This document shows positions 1 through 10,805 of a DNA stretch of 64,000 nt, piece after piece. The stretch's first letter is position 1. Every line of letters starts with the position of its first letter. The stretch is from Marsupella aquatica (Eukaryota > Plantae > Marchantiophyta). The DNA lies in NCBI GenBank assembly GCA_973895155.1, contig OZ316899.1, positions 11,125,135 through 11,189,134 on the forward strand, given 5' to 3'. The notes below the pieces were generated by a model. The model saw nothing but the letters and a program-made list of their open reading frames with translations. It did not search any database and was not told where the DNA came from. Position numbers and translations under genes: made by a program.

Positions 1-1835
1 CATGATAAGAAGGGTCATTATATTTTGGGTAAGTTGGTTCTAGAAGCATAGGTTTTGGTATAAATTGTGGCAACTTGGAAGGGTTGAGGGTACCTGAGGG
101 TTTGGAAGCATTGGTCATGGAGGGTTTACATAGGAATTAGAGCATGATAAGAAGGGTCATTATATTTTGGGTAAGTTGGTTCTAGAAGCATAGGTTTTGG
201 TAGTTGTGGCAACTTGGAAGGGTTGAGGGTACCTGAGGGTTTGGAAGTTGGTCATGTAGGGTTTACATAGGAATTAGAGCATGATAAGAAGGGTCATTAT
301 ATTTTGGGTAAGCTGGTTCTAGAAGCATAGGTTTTGGTATAAATTGTGGCAACTTGGAAGGGTTGAGGGTACCTGAGGGTTTGGAAGCATTGGTCATGTA
401 GGGTTTACATAGGAATTAGAGCATGATAAGAAGGGTCATTATATTTTGGGTAAGTTGGTTCTAGAAGCATAGGTTTTGGTATAAATTGTGGCAACTTGGA
501 AGGGTGGAGGGTACCTGACGGTTTGGAAGCATTGGTCATGGAGGGTTTACATAGGAATTAGAGCATGATAAGAAGGGTCATTATATTTTGGGTAAGTTGG
601 TTCTAGAAGCATAGGTTTTGGTATAAATTGTGGCAACTTGGAAGGGTGGAGGGTACCTGACGGTTTGGAAGCATTGGTCATGGAGGGTTTACATAGGAAT
701 TAGAGCATGATAAGAAGGGTCATTATATTTTGGGTAAGTTGGTTCTAGAAGCATAGGTTTTGGTATTTGTGGCAACTTGGAAGGGTTGAGGGTACCTGAG
801 GGTTTGGAAGCATTGGTCATGCCTGGAGGGTTTACATAGGAATTAGAGCATGATAAGAAGGGTCATTATATTTTGGGTAAGTTGGTTCTAGAAGCATAGG
901 TTTTGGTATTTGTGGCAACTTGGAAGGGTTGAGGGTACCTGAGGGTTTGGAAGCATTGGTCATGGAGGGTTTACATAGGAATTAGAGCATGATAAGAAGG
1001 GTCATTATATTTTGGGTAAGCTGGTTCTAGAAGCATAGGTTTTGGTATAAATTGTGGCAACTTGGAAGGGTTGAGGGTACCTGAGGGTTTGGAAGCATTG
1101 GTCATGGAGGGTTTACATAGGAATTAGAGCATGATAAGAAGGGTCATTATATTTTGGGTAAGTTGGTTCTAGAAGCATAGGTTTTGGTATTTGTGGCAAC
1201 TTGGAAGGGTTGAGGGTACCTGAGGGTTTGGAAGCATTGGTCATGTAGGGTTTACATAGGAATTAGAGCATGATAAGAAGGGTCATTATATTTTGGGTAA
1301 GCTGGTTCTAGAAGCATAGGTTTTGGTATAAATTGTGGCAACTTGGAAGGGTTGAGGGTACCTGAGGGTTTGGAAGCATTGGTCATGGAGGGTTTACATA
1401 GGAATTAGAGCATGATAAGAAGGGTCATTATATTTTGGGTAAGTTGGTTCTAGAAGCATAGGTTTTGGTATTTGTGGCAACTTGGAAGGGTTGAGGGTAC
1501 CTGAGGGTTTTGAAGCATTGGTCATGCCTGGAGGGTTTACATAGGAATTAGAGCATGATAAGAAGGGTCATTATATTTTGGGTAAGTTGGTTCTAGAAGC
1601 ATAGGTTTTGGTATTTGTGGCAACTTGGAAGGGTTGAGGGTACCTGAGGGTTTGGAAGCATTGGTCATGGAGGGTTTACATAGGAATTAGAGCATGATAA
1701 GAAGGGTCATTATATTTTGGGTAAGTTGGTTCTAGAAGCATAGGTTTTGGTATTTGTGGCAACTTGGAAGGGTTGAGGGTACCTGAGGGTTTGGAAGCAT
1801 TGGTCATGGAGGGTTTACATTGAAGGAATTAGAGA
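1..1835. repeat. Tandem satellite, ~137-143 bp unit, ~13 copies, runs off the left edge
   Basis: Unit CATGATAAGAAGGGTCATT...GGAATTAGAG recurs at 1, 143, 280, ... with small indel variants; G/T-rich plus strand, almost no CpG. Confidence 0.97.
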
Positions 1836-2000
1836 TAAGAAAGGCCTAGAGCCCAAAGGATTAAACTCACAACCTCATTCTCCCTCGCATTCTGCCTCTC
1901 ATTTTGTGCTGGCCTAAAGTCAAGTGCCCCATCTCGCGCACTCCCCAGTTTGACAGTCTCCATTCTTGCGTGCTTTTACTCAATGCTGGTTCAAGTCCCA

Positions 2001-2790
2001 TTTGTGCACTCACAGTTTCAGCGGGTTGTGCTTCCATAGTGTTTCTAACATCAGTCCTATTTTATGTGCGCTCTGCCAATTCATTCTTTACGCTTCTGCC
2101 TAAGTGTCCTTGTAGTCCACTGCGTGCTCGTGCTTCTGTGGGATCTCTGACATTTCATTATTTGTGCTCGTGTCACCCATCACACCTCTGTGCTTTGCGC
2201 TTATCTCTGCACAGTGATTGAAACTCTCTGTTCGCTCATGCGTATCTCCTCGATCTATAGATGCTTTGACACTTGGGGGCTATCCATCGATTCCCGTTTG
2301 TGCACTCATAGTTTCAGTGGGTCATGCTTCCGTAGTGTTTCTAACATCACTCCTATTTTATGTGCGCTCTGCCAATTCATTCTTGACGCTTCTGCCTAAG
2401 TGTCCTTGTAGTCCACTGCGTGCTCGTGCTTTTGTGGGATCTCTGACATTTCATTATTTGTGCTCGTGTCGATCACCCATAACACCTCTGTGCTTTGCGC
2501 TTATCTCTGCACAGTGCCTATATATCTCCTCAATCTATAGATGCTTTGACACTTGGGGGCTATCCATCAATTCTGCGCAGCTCCTTCCCGCCGTTGGTGA
2601 GTGCTTCAATCTTACTAGCTTGCTGACATTGCTTGCTTTGTGATTGTTAAACTGGATTTTGTCGTGACTGCTTAAAGCACCCTTGTTCCAGTGTTCTTAG
2701 CCCTGTGAGTGCTTCAATCTTACTAGCTTTCTAACATTGCTTGCTTTGTCATTGCTAAGCTGGATTGCATCGTGATTGCTTAAAGCTTCA
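2001..2790. repeat. Local duplications: ~296-bp unit x2 followed by ~108-bp unit x2
   Basis: TTTGTGCACTCA.AGTTTCAG at 2001 and 2297; GTGAGTGCTTCAATCTTACTAGC at ~2597 and ~2705. Confidence 0.85.
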
Positions 2791-3609
2791 TCGTTTCAGT
2801 GTGCTTTGTCCTAATCTTAACGCCACGTAGCTTTGAGGTCTTTATATATTTGGTCGTTTTGAGTGGAATCATTATAGGGTTTATGGTTTTCTCTTGCAGG
2901 AGTAGTTTAGGGTTCAACTTCATAGTATTTGCATTCATTCATTCATTCATTCTTACATAGGTCTTAATTGCATCTTGAGTTTCAAGCAAATTTGGCATGA
3001 TACTGTTTTGCAGATTTCCCAAGACAAGCTAGTCTGTCTTTGATCAGCTGTGTCAGCTTTGTCATCGCCAAAAAAGAAGAGAAATATTGCCGATAATATC
3101 AAAAGGTGAGTAACTCCAGATCCTCAATCCTACTTATTGTGAGTCCTATAAGATCTAGCATGCTCATTGAAAAGCTTAAATACACTCAATGAGTAATAAT
3201 GACAAATAACAATGCTAGAATTCTCACTCAAAAAAGGTAACATGGTCAAACAATTCCTATATATTGTGTAGTGAATGATTTGTAAGATCTTGTAAAGGAT
3301 ATTAACTAAATGAATGTTTACTATCATTAACAATCGTGGCATCAATTCATACTAGTTGTAGTATGCATTAAGGAATCAAACTAAAAAACAAACAATCAAC
3401 CACTATACATCACCTCTGTCTCTACTTCTTATTCTAAGTAAACTGCATTTCCTTTCTAGCACCCTGCCCATTCAGTGGCAGTTGTCTACTTGCTTTCTAG
3501 ATGTATTTGGATCATCGGCCTGCAATTCTTAGGACTGTTCCATGCCTCTCCAGCTGTTCTTCCAATCTCAGTTTTGTGACTCTCTGTGTCTCTCCCAAAC
3601 CGGGTCCCA

Positions 3610-4100
3610 AACCACCTATGCAACTCTTGAAAAACTAGTTCTGAACCTCCCATCCATAAAACTCCGCATTGAGGAACACCATTCCTCAACTATTGAAGAA
3701 CCAGTTTTGAACCTCCCATCCATAAAACTCCTTATTGCGGAACACTGTTCCGCAAATCTCTAACATTGGTTACCATTACATGGTAACCTCTCCTGTCTCT
3801 GACTCTCCAAATGTCCTTCAAAACTCATTTTTGATACTCTAGACTCTGTCTCTACCCACAACCTAGTTGCGGAACAACGTTCTGCAACTCTTGAAAACTA
3901 GTTCCGACCTCCAATCCCTAAAATTCCGCATTGAGGAACACCATTTCTCAACTATTGAAGAACCAGTTTTGAACCTCCCATCCAGAAAACTCCCTATTGC
4001 GGAACACCGTTCCGTAGATCTCTAACATTGGTTACCATTACATGGTAACCTCTACTGTCTCTGACTCTCCAAAAATGTCCTTCAAAACTCATTTTTGATG
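3610..4100. repeat. ~260-bp duplication built around palindrome TTGMGGAAC-NNN-RTTCYKCAA
   Basis: Palindrome copies at 3669, 3735 (perfect TTGCGGAAC-ACT-GTTCCGCAA), 3867, 3931, 3997. Confidence 0.85.
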
Positions 4101-4167
4101 CTCTCTACGTCTCTACCAAAACATTCTGAAACTCTCAAAACTTAATTTTTTAGCAATCAAGGGGGAG

Positions 4168-4361
4168 TGTTGTAATACATATGTCATCCTAGATTTAAGG
4201 CTTAGAGATATGAATAGATAGGATATGAATAGGTTAAGAGAGGTGAATGGTTATAACCACCCTAACCAACATTGTACATCAAGACCATGAATTGGTCATA
4301 TATTAAGATTGGAAGAAGGTTGGAATGTGTTGTTGAAGTTAATAACATTCAAATGTTAACA
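4168..4361 (+). repeat. 5' LTR (194 bp)
   Basis: TGTTG...TAACA; identical by eye to 9502-9695. Confidence 0.97.
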
Positions 4362-4373
4362 CGTTATCAACAC
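4362..4373 (+). promoter_or_regulatory. Primer-binding site, half-tRNA type (resembles complement of the tRNA-Ile anticodon arm)
   Basis: CGTTATCAACAC directly after the LTR, one change from CGTTATCAGCAC; no TGG (3'-CCA complement). Confidence 0.65.
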
Positions 4374-4536
4374 CTTTTTGCTCACACACCTTTTTTTTCT
4401 CGAGCTACAATAGAAACCAAAGAGAATCAAAATTCATCGGAACTCTAGCCAGAGGTACTCAATAGATAACAGGGAACATAAAGATAAACAAGGTCTCCAA
4501 TCTTTACTATTTTTCGAAATAAGCAAAGATCCGATT

Positions 4537-7500
4537 ATGGAGAAATTACAATCTCCCGTCTTGAAGCTCGACGGATCCAATTACTTATCCTGGTCACAAA
4601 ATGCTGAAATAGTCCTAAACGCAAAAGGGATCGGAGACACTATCATCGCAGACTACCATGGAGACCTACAAACGAAAGCTCAAGCTATCTTTATACTTCG
4701 ACACCATCTAGATCAAGACCTCCAGGCTCAGTACCTCGACGAGTACAACCCTCGGGCACTATGGGACGCTCTAAAACGGAGATACGACCATCTCCGCCTA
4801 ATTTCACTTCCTGCCGCAAGAAACGAATGGATCCACCTCTGCGTACTCGATCACCCAACAATAGCCAGCTACAATAGTGCTCTCTTCCGCATTTCTGCAC
4901 AATTAAAGGTATGTGGACAACCAATTTCTGAACAAGATCAGATAGAGAAGACGCTATCGACGTTCCCTGCAGCCAACATGACACTCGCTCAACAATATCG
5001 CCAGATGAATTTTATTGAATACTCAAAACTTATAGCAATTATGCTCCTGGCTGAAAAGAACGACCTGCTACTTATAGAAAATTCAAAGAGGAGGCCGTCA
5101 GGAACAATTCCAAAACCAGAAACACTCTATACTTATACAAACAAACACGACCCCACATCATCCACAGGAAAGGGAAAATTCAAGACAATACAAGGCGGTC
5201 AGTACCAACGTTTTAAAAGAAATCGATTTAACAAAGGACACCCCACCAATGCCACAAAACCTGCATTTCCACAAAGGAAGAATTCCTGGCAAAGAGTCTC
5301 CAAGAAATCAAGTATCAAATGTTTTCGTTGTGGCGGTCCTGGACACATCAAGAGAGATTGTCGGGCACAAAACCACCTGGTCAAATTATACCAGGCCAGC
5401 CTCTCCACAGCGAACACAGCAATGGCAGCAAACTACCTCGAGATCGAGGAAGACCTCACAAAGTATAAGAGCCCCACCCCACCACCAAAAATACATTTAC
5501 TGATAAACGCAATGCACACCACATCCCTCTCCGATGAAAATATGTGCATCCTCGATAGCGGCACATCTCACACCATCTTGAAGGACTAGAAATATTTCCA
5601 AAGTATACTCCCATCACATCGTCCTATTACCACAATTACGGGAATAAACAACATCAAAGAAGGACATGGACTTGCAAGAATAATCCTTCCAAATAGAACT
5701 ACAATCGATATACCTTCGGCAATTTATGCTCCCCAAGCAACCAAAAATTTACTAAGTTTTAATGATATTCGACAAAACGGTTATCAAATTTGCTCCACCC
5801 CTGGCTCGGATGATAACTCACTGCAAATACTGCAAGAAGACAAACGCGGCACAACTATACTCGAATCATTGCCGTATCATCCACCAGGACTATATGCAGC
5901 TCCCATACAAACATACCAAGTAGACACTAATACAAATACTCTCACGGAACCGCAGATTGGGCCACCCTGACACGTCAATGTATCAAAGAATCCTGAAGGA
6001 TACCCGAGGAATCTCCCCCTCAGTCAACCCTACATCAATGAAGGAAACATGTCTTGCCTGTGCCCAAGGCAAACTGCGGATTAAACCATCCTTTTCCAAG
6101 ACAGTGCAGAGGATACCAACCTTCCTCGAACAATTAAACGTCGATATTTGTGGCCCCATTGACCCTCCAAGCGGACCCTTCAGATTCTTTTTGGTGATGA
6201 TCTGCTCCTCAACAAAATGGTCTCAGGTATCACTTCTATCAACTCAAAACCTGGTCCTTGCACGTCTCCTTACGCAGATCCTCAGGTTAAGAACACAATT
6301 CCCTAATTCTCCCATCCGGAAAATTTGCATCGATAATGCTAGCGAATTCACATCTCCAGCATTTGATGATATCTGAAATACACTTGGAATCATTGTACAA
6401 TACTTGGTGGCTTACGTCCATTTTCAAAACGGAGCAGTAGAAGCATTCATAAAGAGCATACAATTGATCTCAAGACCAATGTTAATGCAAACCAAACTCC
6501 CACTTACAGCATGGGGACACGCTGTACTTCATGGTGCAGCATTACTGAGATTTTGACCATCAGCTTTTAACTCATATACACCGTACCACCTTGCTTATGG
6601 CACCATTCCTGATGTATCACATTTAAAGACATTTGGATGCCTCGTAATGGTACCTATACTTGGACCTAAGAGGACGAAAATGGGACCGCAGAGACAGACA
6701 GGAATTTATGTAGGTTTCGACTCACCTTCCATTATAAGATATCTGGAACCCATGACAACAGACATATTCAGAGCAAGATACGATGATTGCCAATTTCATG
6801 AGGACATATTTCCTCCCCTAAGCACCACAAATACAGAGACAATACCCCCGCCTATTGAATTACAATGGCAAACAAAGAACCCGTTCTGGCACGACCCAAG
6901 GACAACACTAGTCAATGATGAAGTCAAACGTATCTTACACCTGCACCAAATGATGGAAAGGTTACCAGATGCATTTAATGACGCTGCACAAATGACTAAA
7001 TCTCATGTTGAAGCAGCTAACACCCCGGCTCGTATTTCCATCACTGAACAGCCAACTTCATCAGTAGCACCAAAAGCTAAAAGAGGACGACCACCTGGAG
7101 CTAAGGATCGGGCACCAAGGAATAAACGCCCAACTTCTACTTTACTTACTATTATACCAATACAAGAACAACAAGCTGACAATGAAGAAATATCATTGAA
7201 TTATGCTCACACAGGAAATGTCTGGCGACGTCAGGATATTGCAATAAACGATAGTTTTGCATTTCTTATCTCACAGATAATATCCCCCGACTCACCAGAC
7301 CCACGGATAGTACGCGAGGCTCAACAACGAGAAGATTGGCCCTTATGGGAACAAGCCATAAACTCTGAACTCGATTCGCTTATATCTAGACAGGTATTTG
7401 GAAAACTCTGTCCATCACCACCTGATATGCACTTGATAGGATACAGGATCATACTGGTAAGAAAGAGAAATGCCAAGGGCAAAATCGTTAGATACAAGGC

Positions 7501-9154
7501 ACGATTGGTGGCCAAAGGCTACACACAGATATGGGGAAAAGACTATGATTTGACGTATGCTCCTGTCATGGACGCCATAACATACAGATACCTGATTGCT
7601 TTCTCACTGGTTTATCAACTGAAGCTACATTTGATGGACGTCGTTACTGCGTATCTTTATGGCATTCTAGACACAGAATTATACATGGAGGCCCCGCCGG
7701 AACTTATCAATCGCGTCAACTTCCATATTCAAGGGGAGAAATTCTCTCCAATACCTTCAGACCTCAAGTCGGGCATTAGCCAAATTGTACCCACAGACAT
7801 GCAACTGAAGTTACTCAGTACAGAGGCATTAGTCCCAGCAAACACAATTAAAGACATAAGTATCTGTACTACAACCCACTCTGTTGTTGATCAACAACTC
7901 TCTCTGTTGCTATACCAACTTGTCACCCAAAGGTCTATGAACCGGTGCACAAGACTGTCAGCAAAAGGAAATCTTAGAATAATGTTGCTGTACAGGTCCT
8001 CCGCTCGATCTATGGCCTTAAACAGAGCGGGAGGATTTGGTATCAACGATTCAAGGCAGAAATGCTAGCTCTCGGGTTTGTAAATAATGAATTAGCTCCA
8101 TGTCTGTTTTATCAAGCACACTGGCAATGAATTTATAATTATTGCCATCTATGTGGACGACATAAGCATATTCGGTACTTCAGAACTAATTGCCACAACG
8201 ATCAAGACCTTAAAGACCAAATTTGAAATGAAAGACATCGGTACACCTAATTACTGTTTAGGGATACAGATCGAGATTTTACCTGGAGGAATCTTTCTTC
8301 ACCAATCTACATATACCAACAAAGTATTAAAGCAATTCAACATGGACAAATCATACCCGGTTACTACACCGATGGATCTTTGATCTCTTGATCCAACCAA
8401 GGACATTTTTCATAAACGCAAAGAATCAGAACTATTACTCGGACTAGGAAAACCTTATCTTTCTACTATCGGTGCATTAATGTACCTTGCGAATAAGACA
8501 AGACCAGATATAGCATTCGCAGTGAACATGTTAGCAAGACACAGTTCTCAGCCAACTATTCGCCATTGGAATGGCATCAAATGAGTACTCAGGTACCTGC
8601 AAGGCACAATTGACATGGGCTTATACTACTCATCCACAAGTCCTAATGAACTGATTGGCTATGCTGATGCAGGGTATCTTTCTGATCCGGACGACTCAAA
8701 ATCCCAGACGGGATACGTGTTCCTTCAAGGTGGGACGGCCATATTGTGGAAGAGCATGAAACAGTCTCTTACCACTACATCGTCCAACCACGCGGAAGTA
8801 ATCGCACTCTATGAAGCCTGCAAGGAATGCATTTGGCTTCGCCAGCTGCTTAACCACATTCATACCTCCACCGGACGCCCTAAATTGACCACCCCGACTA
8901 CGATCTTTGAAGACAATCGTCCCTGCATTAACCAAATCACCAAGGGGTTTATCAAGGGCGACCGCATAAAACATATAGCGTCAAAATTTTTCTATACAGC
9001 AGAACAACAAGGCGATCACATCAATATTGTCTGGATTTCTTCTCAGGAGAATAGAGCAGACCTATTTACAAAACCTTTACCTAGAATCTTGCATAACGAA
9101 CACTGTGATGGCATAGGAATGCGTCGTCTCTCTACCCTGTCACACCTATCGTAA
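4537..9154 (+). pseudogene. gag-pol polyprotein with premature stops and frameshifts
   Basis: Zn knuckle CFRCGGPGHIKRDC, protease LDSGTSH, integrase DICGP/DNASEF/NGAVE, RT YKARLVAKG/IYGLKQSG/YVDD, RNase H YADAGY/FEDN/ADLFTK; stops at 5587, ~5694, 6374, 8381 and others. Confidence 0.93.
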
Positions 9155-9501
9155 CGATACTCCTTACTCTTTAGCTATTCCACTGTTCCCTCCTTCCCGA
9201 ACTAACTATGCGTTTTGCCACTTGATACACACCAACTCACAACATATACATTACATTCCCTTTAATCTCCTTCACTCATATACCCCATTAAATACACTTA
9301 TCCTAACCTATTCCTCACTTTACAATTTTCTTGATCCGTCATTGAAAGTGGTAACACTCTTTTTATCCCTAGAAGAAAGCAGAGGGTTTTTAATGAGGTT
9401 ACACTTGATGGTATCGTAGAAACTAAGACATTCCACTAGAATTCCCATCTATTACTCATTTGATTGCACAAAATGCCAAATTTTTAGCAATCAAGGGGGA
9501 G

Positions 9502-9695
9502 TGTTGTAATACATATGTCATCCTAGATTTAAGGCTTAGAGATATGAATAGATAGGATATGAATAGGTTAAGAGAGGTGAATGGTTATAACCACCCTAAC
9601 CAACATTGTACATCAAGACCATGAATTGGTCATATATTAAGATTGGAAGAAGGTTGGAATGTGTTGTTGAAGTTAATAACATTCAAATGTTAACA
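9502..9695 (+). repeat. 3' LTR (194 bp), preceded by PPT
   Basis: PPT AAGGGGGAG at 9493-9501, then TGTTG...TAACA. Confidence 0.97.
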
Positions 9696-9982
9696 AAACT
9701 TGTATTGTCAAATAATACTAAATCTCCAATAGATATCCTTTTTGACCTCCATACATCCTTATCCTATTACCCGCAGATTGAGTTCCTAGGTGCTTTGTCA
9801 TTATCTATGATCAATGAATACTCAAGAGAGTATAAGTATTTGCACCCGTTACAGAAATGGGAATTTATTTTATACTGCCAGAATCTAGGATATTTGGAAT
9901 CTTGCCCCTAGGAATTGGAATTCAGAACAGAATTCAGTGACCTACAAGACAAATTTAAATAAAGTCTAATGAAATTTCCCGT

Positions 9983-10516
9983 ATGTCCAGGATGGATCTC
10001 TCAGGAAAATTCAGTTACATGTTAGATAAACTTCGAAAGGAGCATCAATTGTTGGAGGGATGTCATTCCAATACAACGAGTCTCATTTCAGGACTTCCAA
10101 ATGAGTTGGTTGAAAAGAATATTTGGCCACTCCTTCGGAGAAACTTCACAATGATCCAAGATCTTAACCATGAAGAAACGGTCAATAAAATCAAAGAGAT
10201 GGTGTGACTTGGAGTAACAACGAAGAAATGGAAATATCTTGTTTAGAATACAAAAGCTTGGGCTTTGCTAAAACTTGCCACTTTTGAGATCTGGAGATTG
10301 AATGAAATTCTTTCTGATAACTCCAGTCGAAATCCACTGTCATTGGAACTCATTCCGACAGTGTTTAGAGAAAGCCAGGATGAGATACCATCAATAGAGA
10401 TTCTTGGTTCGTCTTGTGTCCTCAATCTTGAAGCTCTCCAAAGCATGTGGAGAGAGTTGAATGAGAATGAGAGAAACATCCTCATTCAACAGTATTTTTC
10501 AAATGAAATAAGGTAG
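9983..10516 (+). pseudogene. F-box-like protein (two in-frame stops)
   Basis: SLISGLPNELVEKNIWPLL...*LGVTTKKWKYLV*NTKAWALL; homologous to ORFs at 42584 and 46637. Confidence 0.6.
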
Positions 10517-10805
10517 TCAATAAGGAGAGACTTGAGGAGTTAGAACCCTCAATTTTGTATACGACATGTTTTGACATATAAATAAATGGAAATTTGTTTT
10601 TTGGACAAGCTTAAAACTGTGATTGACCTTGATTGCTAATTGCAAATGGCCCCAACAACCAAGACAGGTTCAAAAAGGAAGCGTGATGAAATTTCACAGC
10701 CCAAGGAGAAAGAACAAAAGGTTGAGAAAGCTCCTCAAGACACAACTCTAACCAAATTTTGTGGTGCAAGGTTTAAGAATGTTTTATCCGAAGGCTAAGA
10801 CTGTG

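Larger units (their letters stand above)
4168..9695 (+). mobile_element. Ty1/copia LTR retrotransposon, Bianca-like lineage, coding region disabled
   Basis: Two 194-bp TG...CA LTRs; PBS CGTTATCAACAC; PPT CAAGGGGGAG; gag-PR-IN-RT-RH order; Bianca-like motifs DICGPIDPPSGPFRFF and KMGPQRQTGIYVGFDSPSII. Confidence 0.96.

Noticed and set aside
1904-3763. Short ORFs in the 2-3.8 kb repeats
   Set aside because: Arise from duplicated non-coding sequence; no motifs
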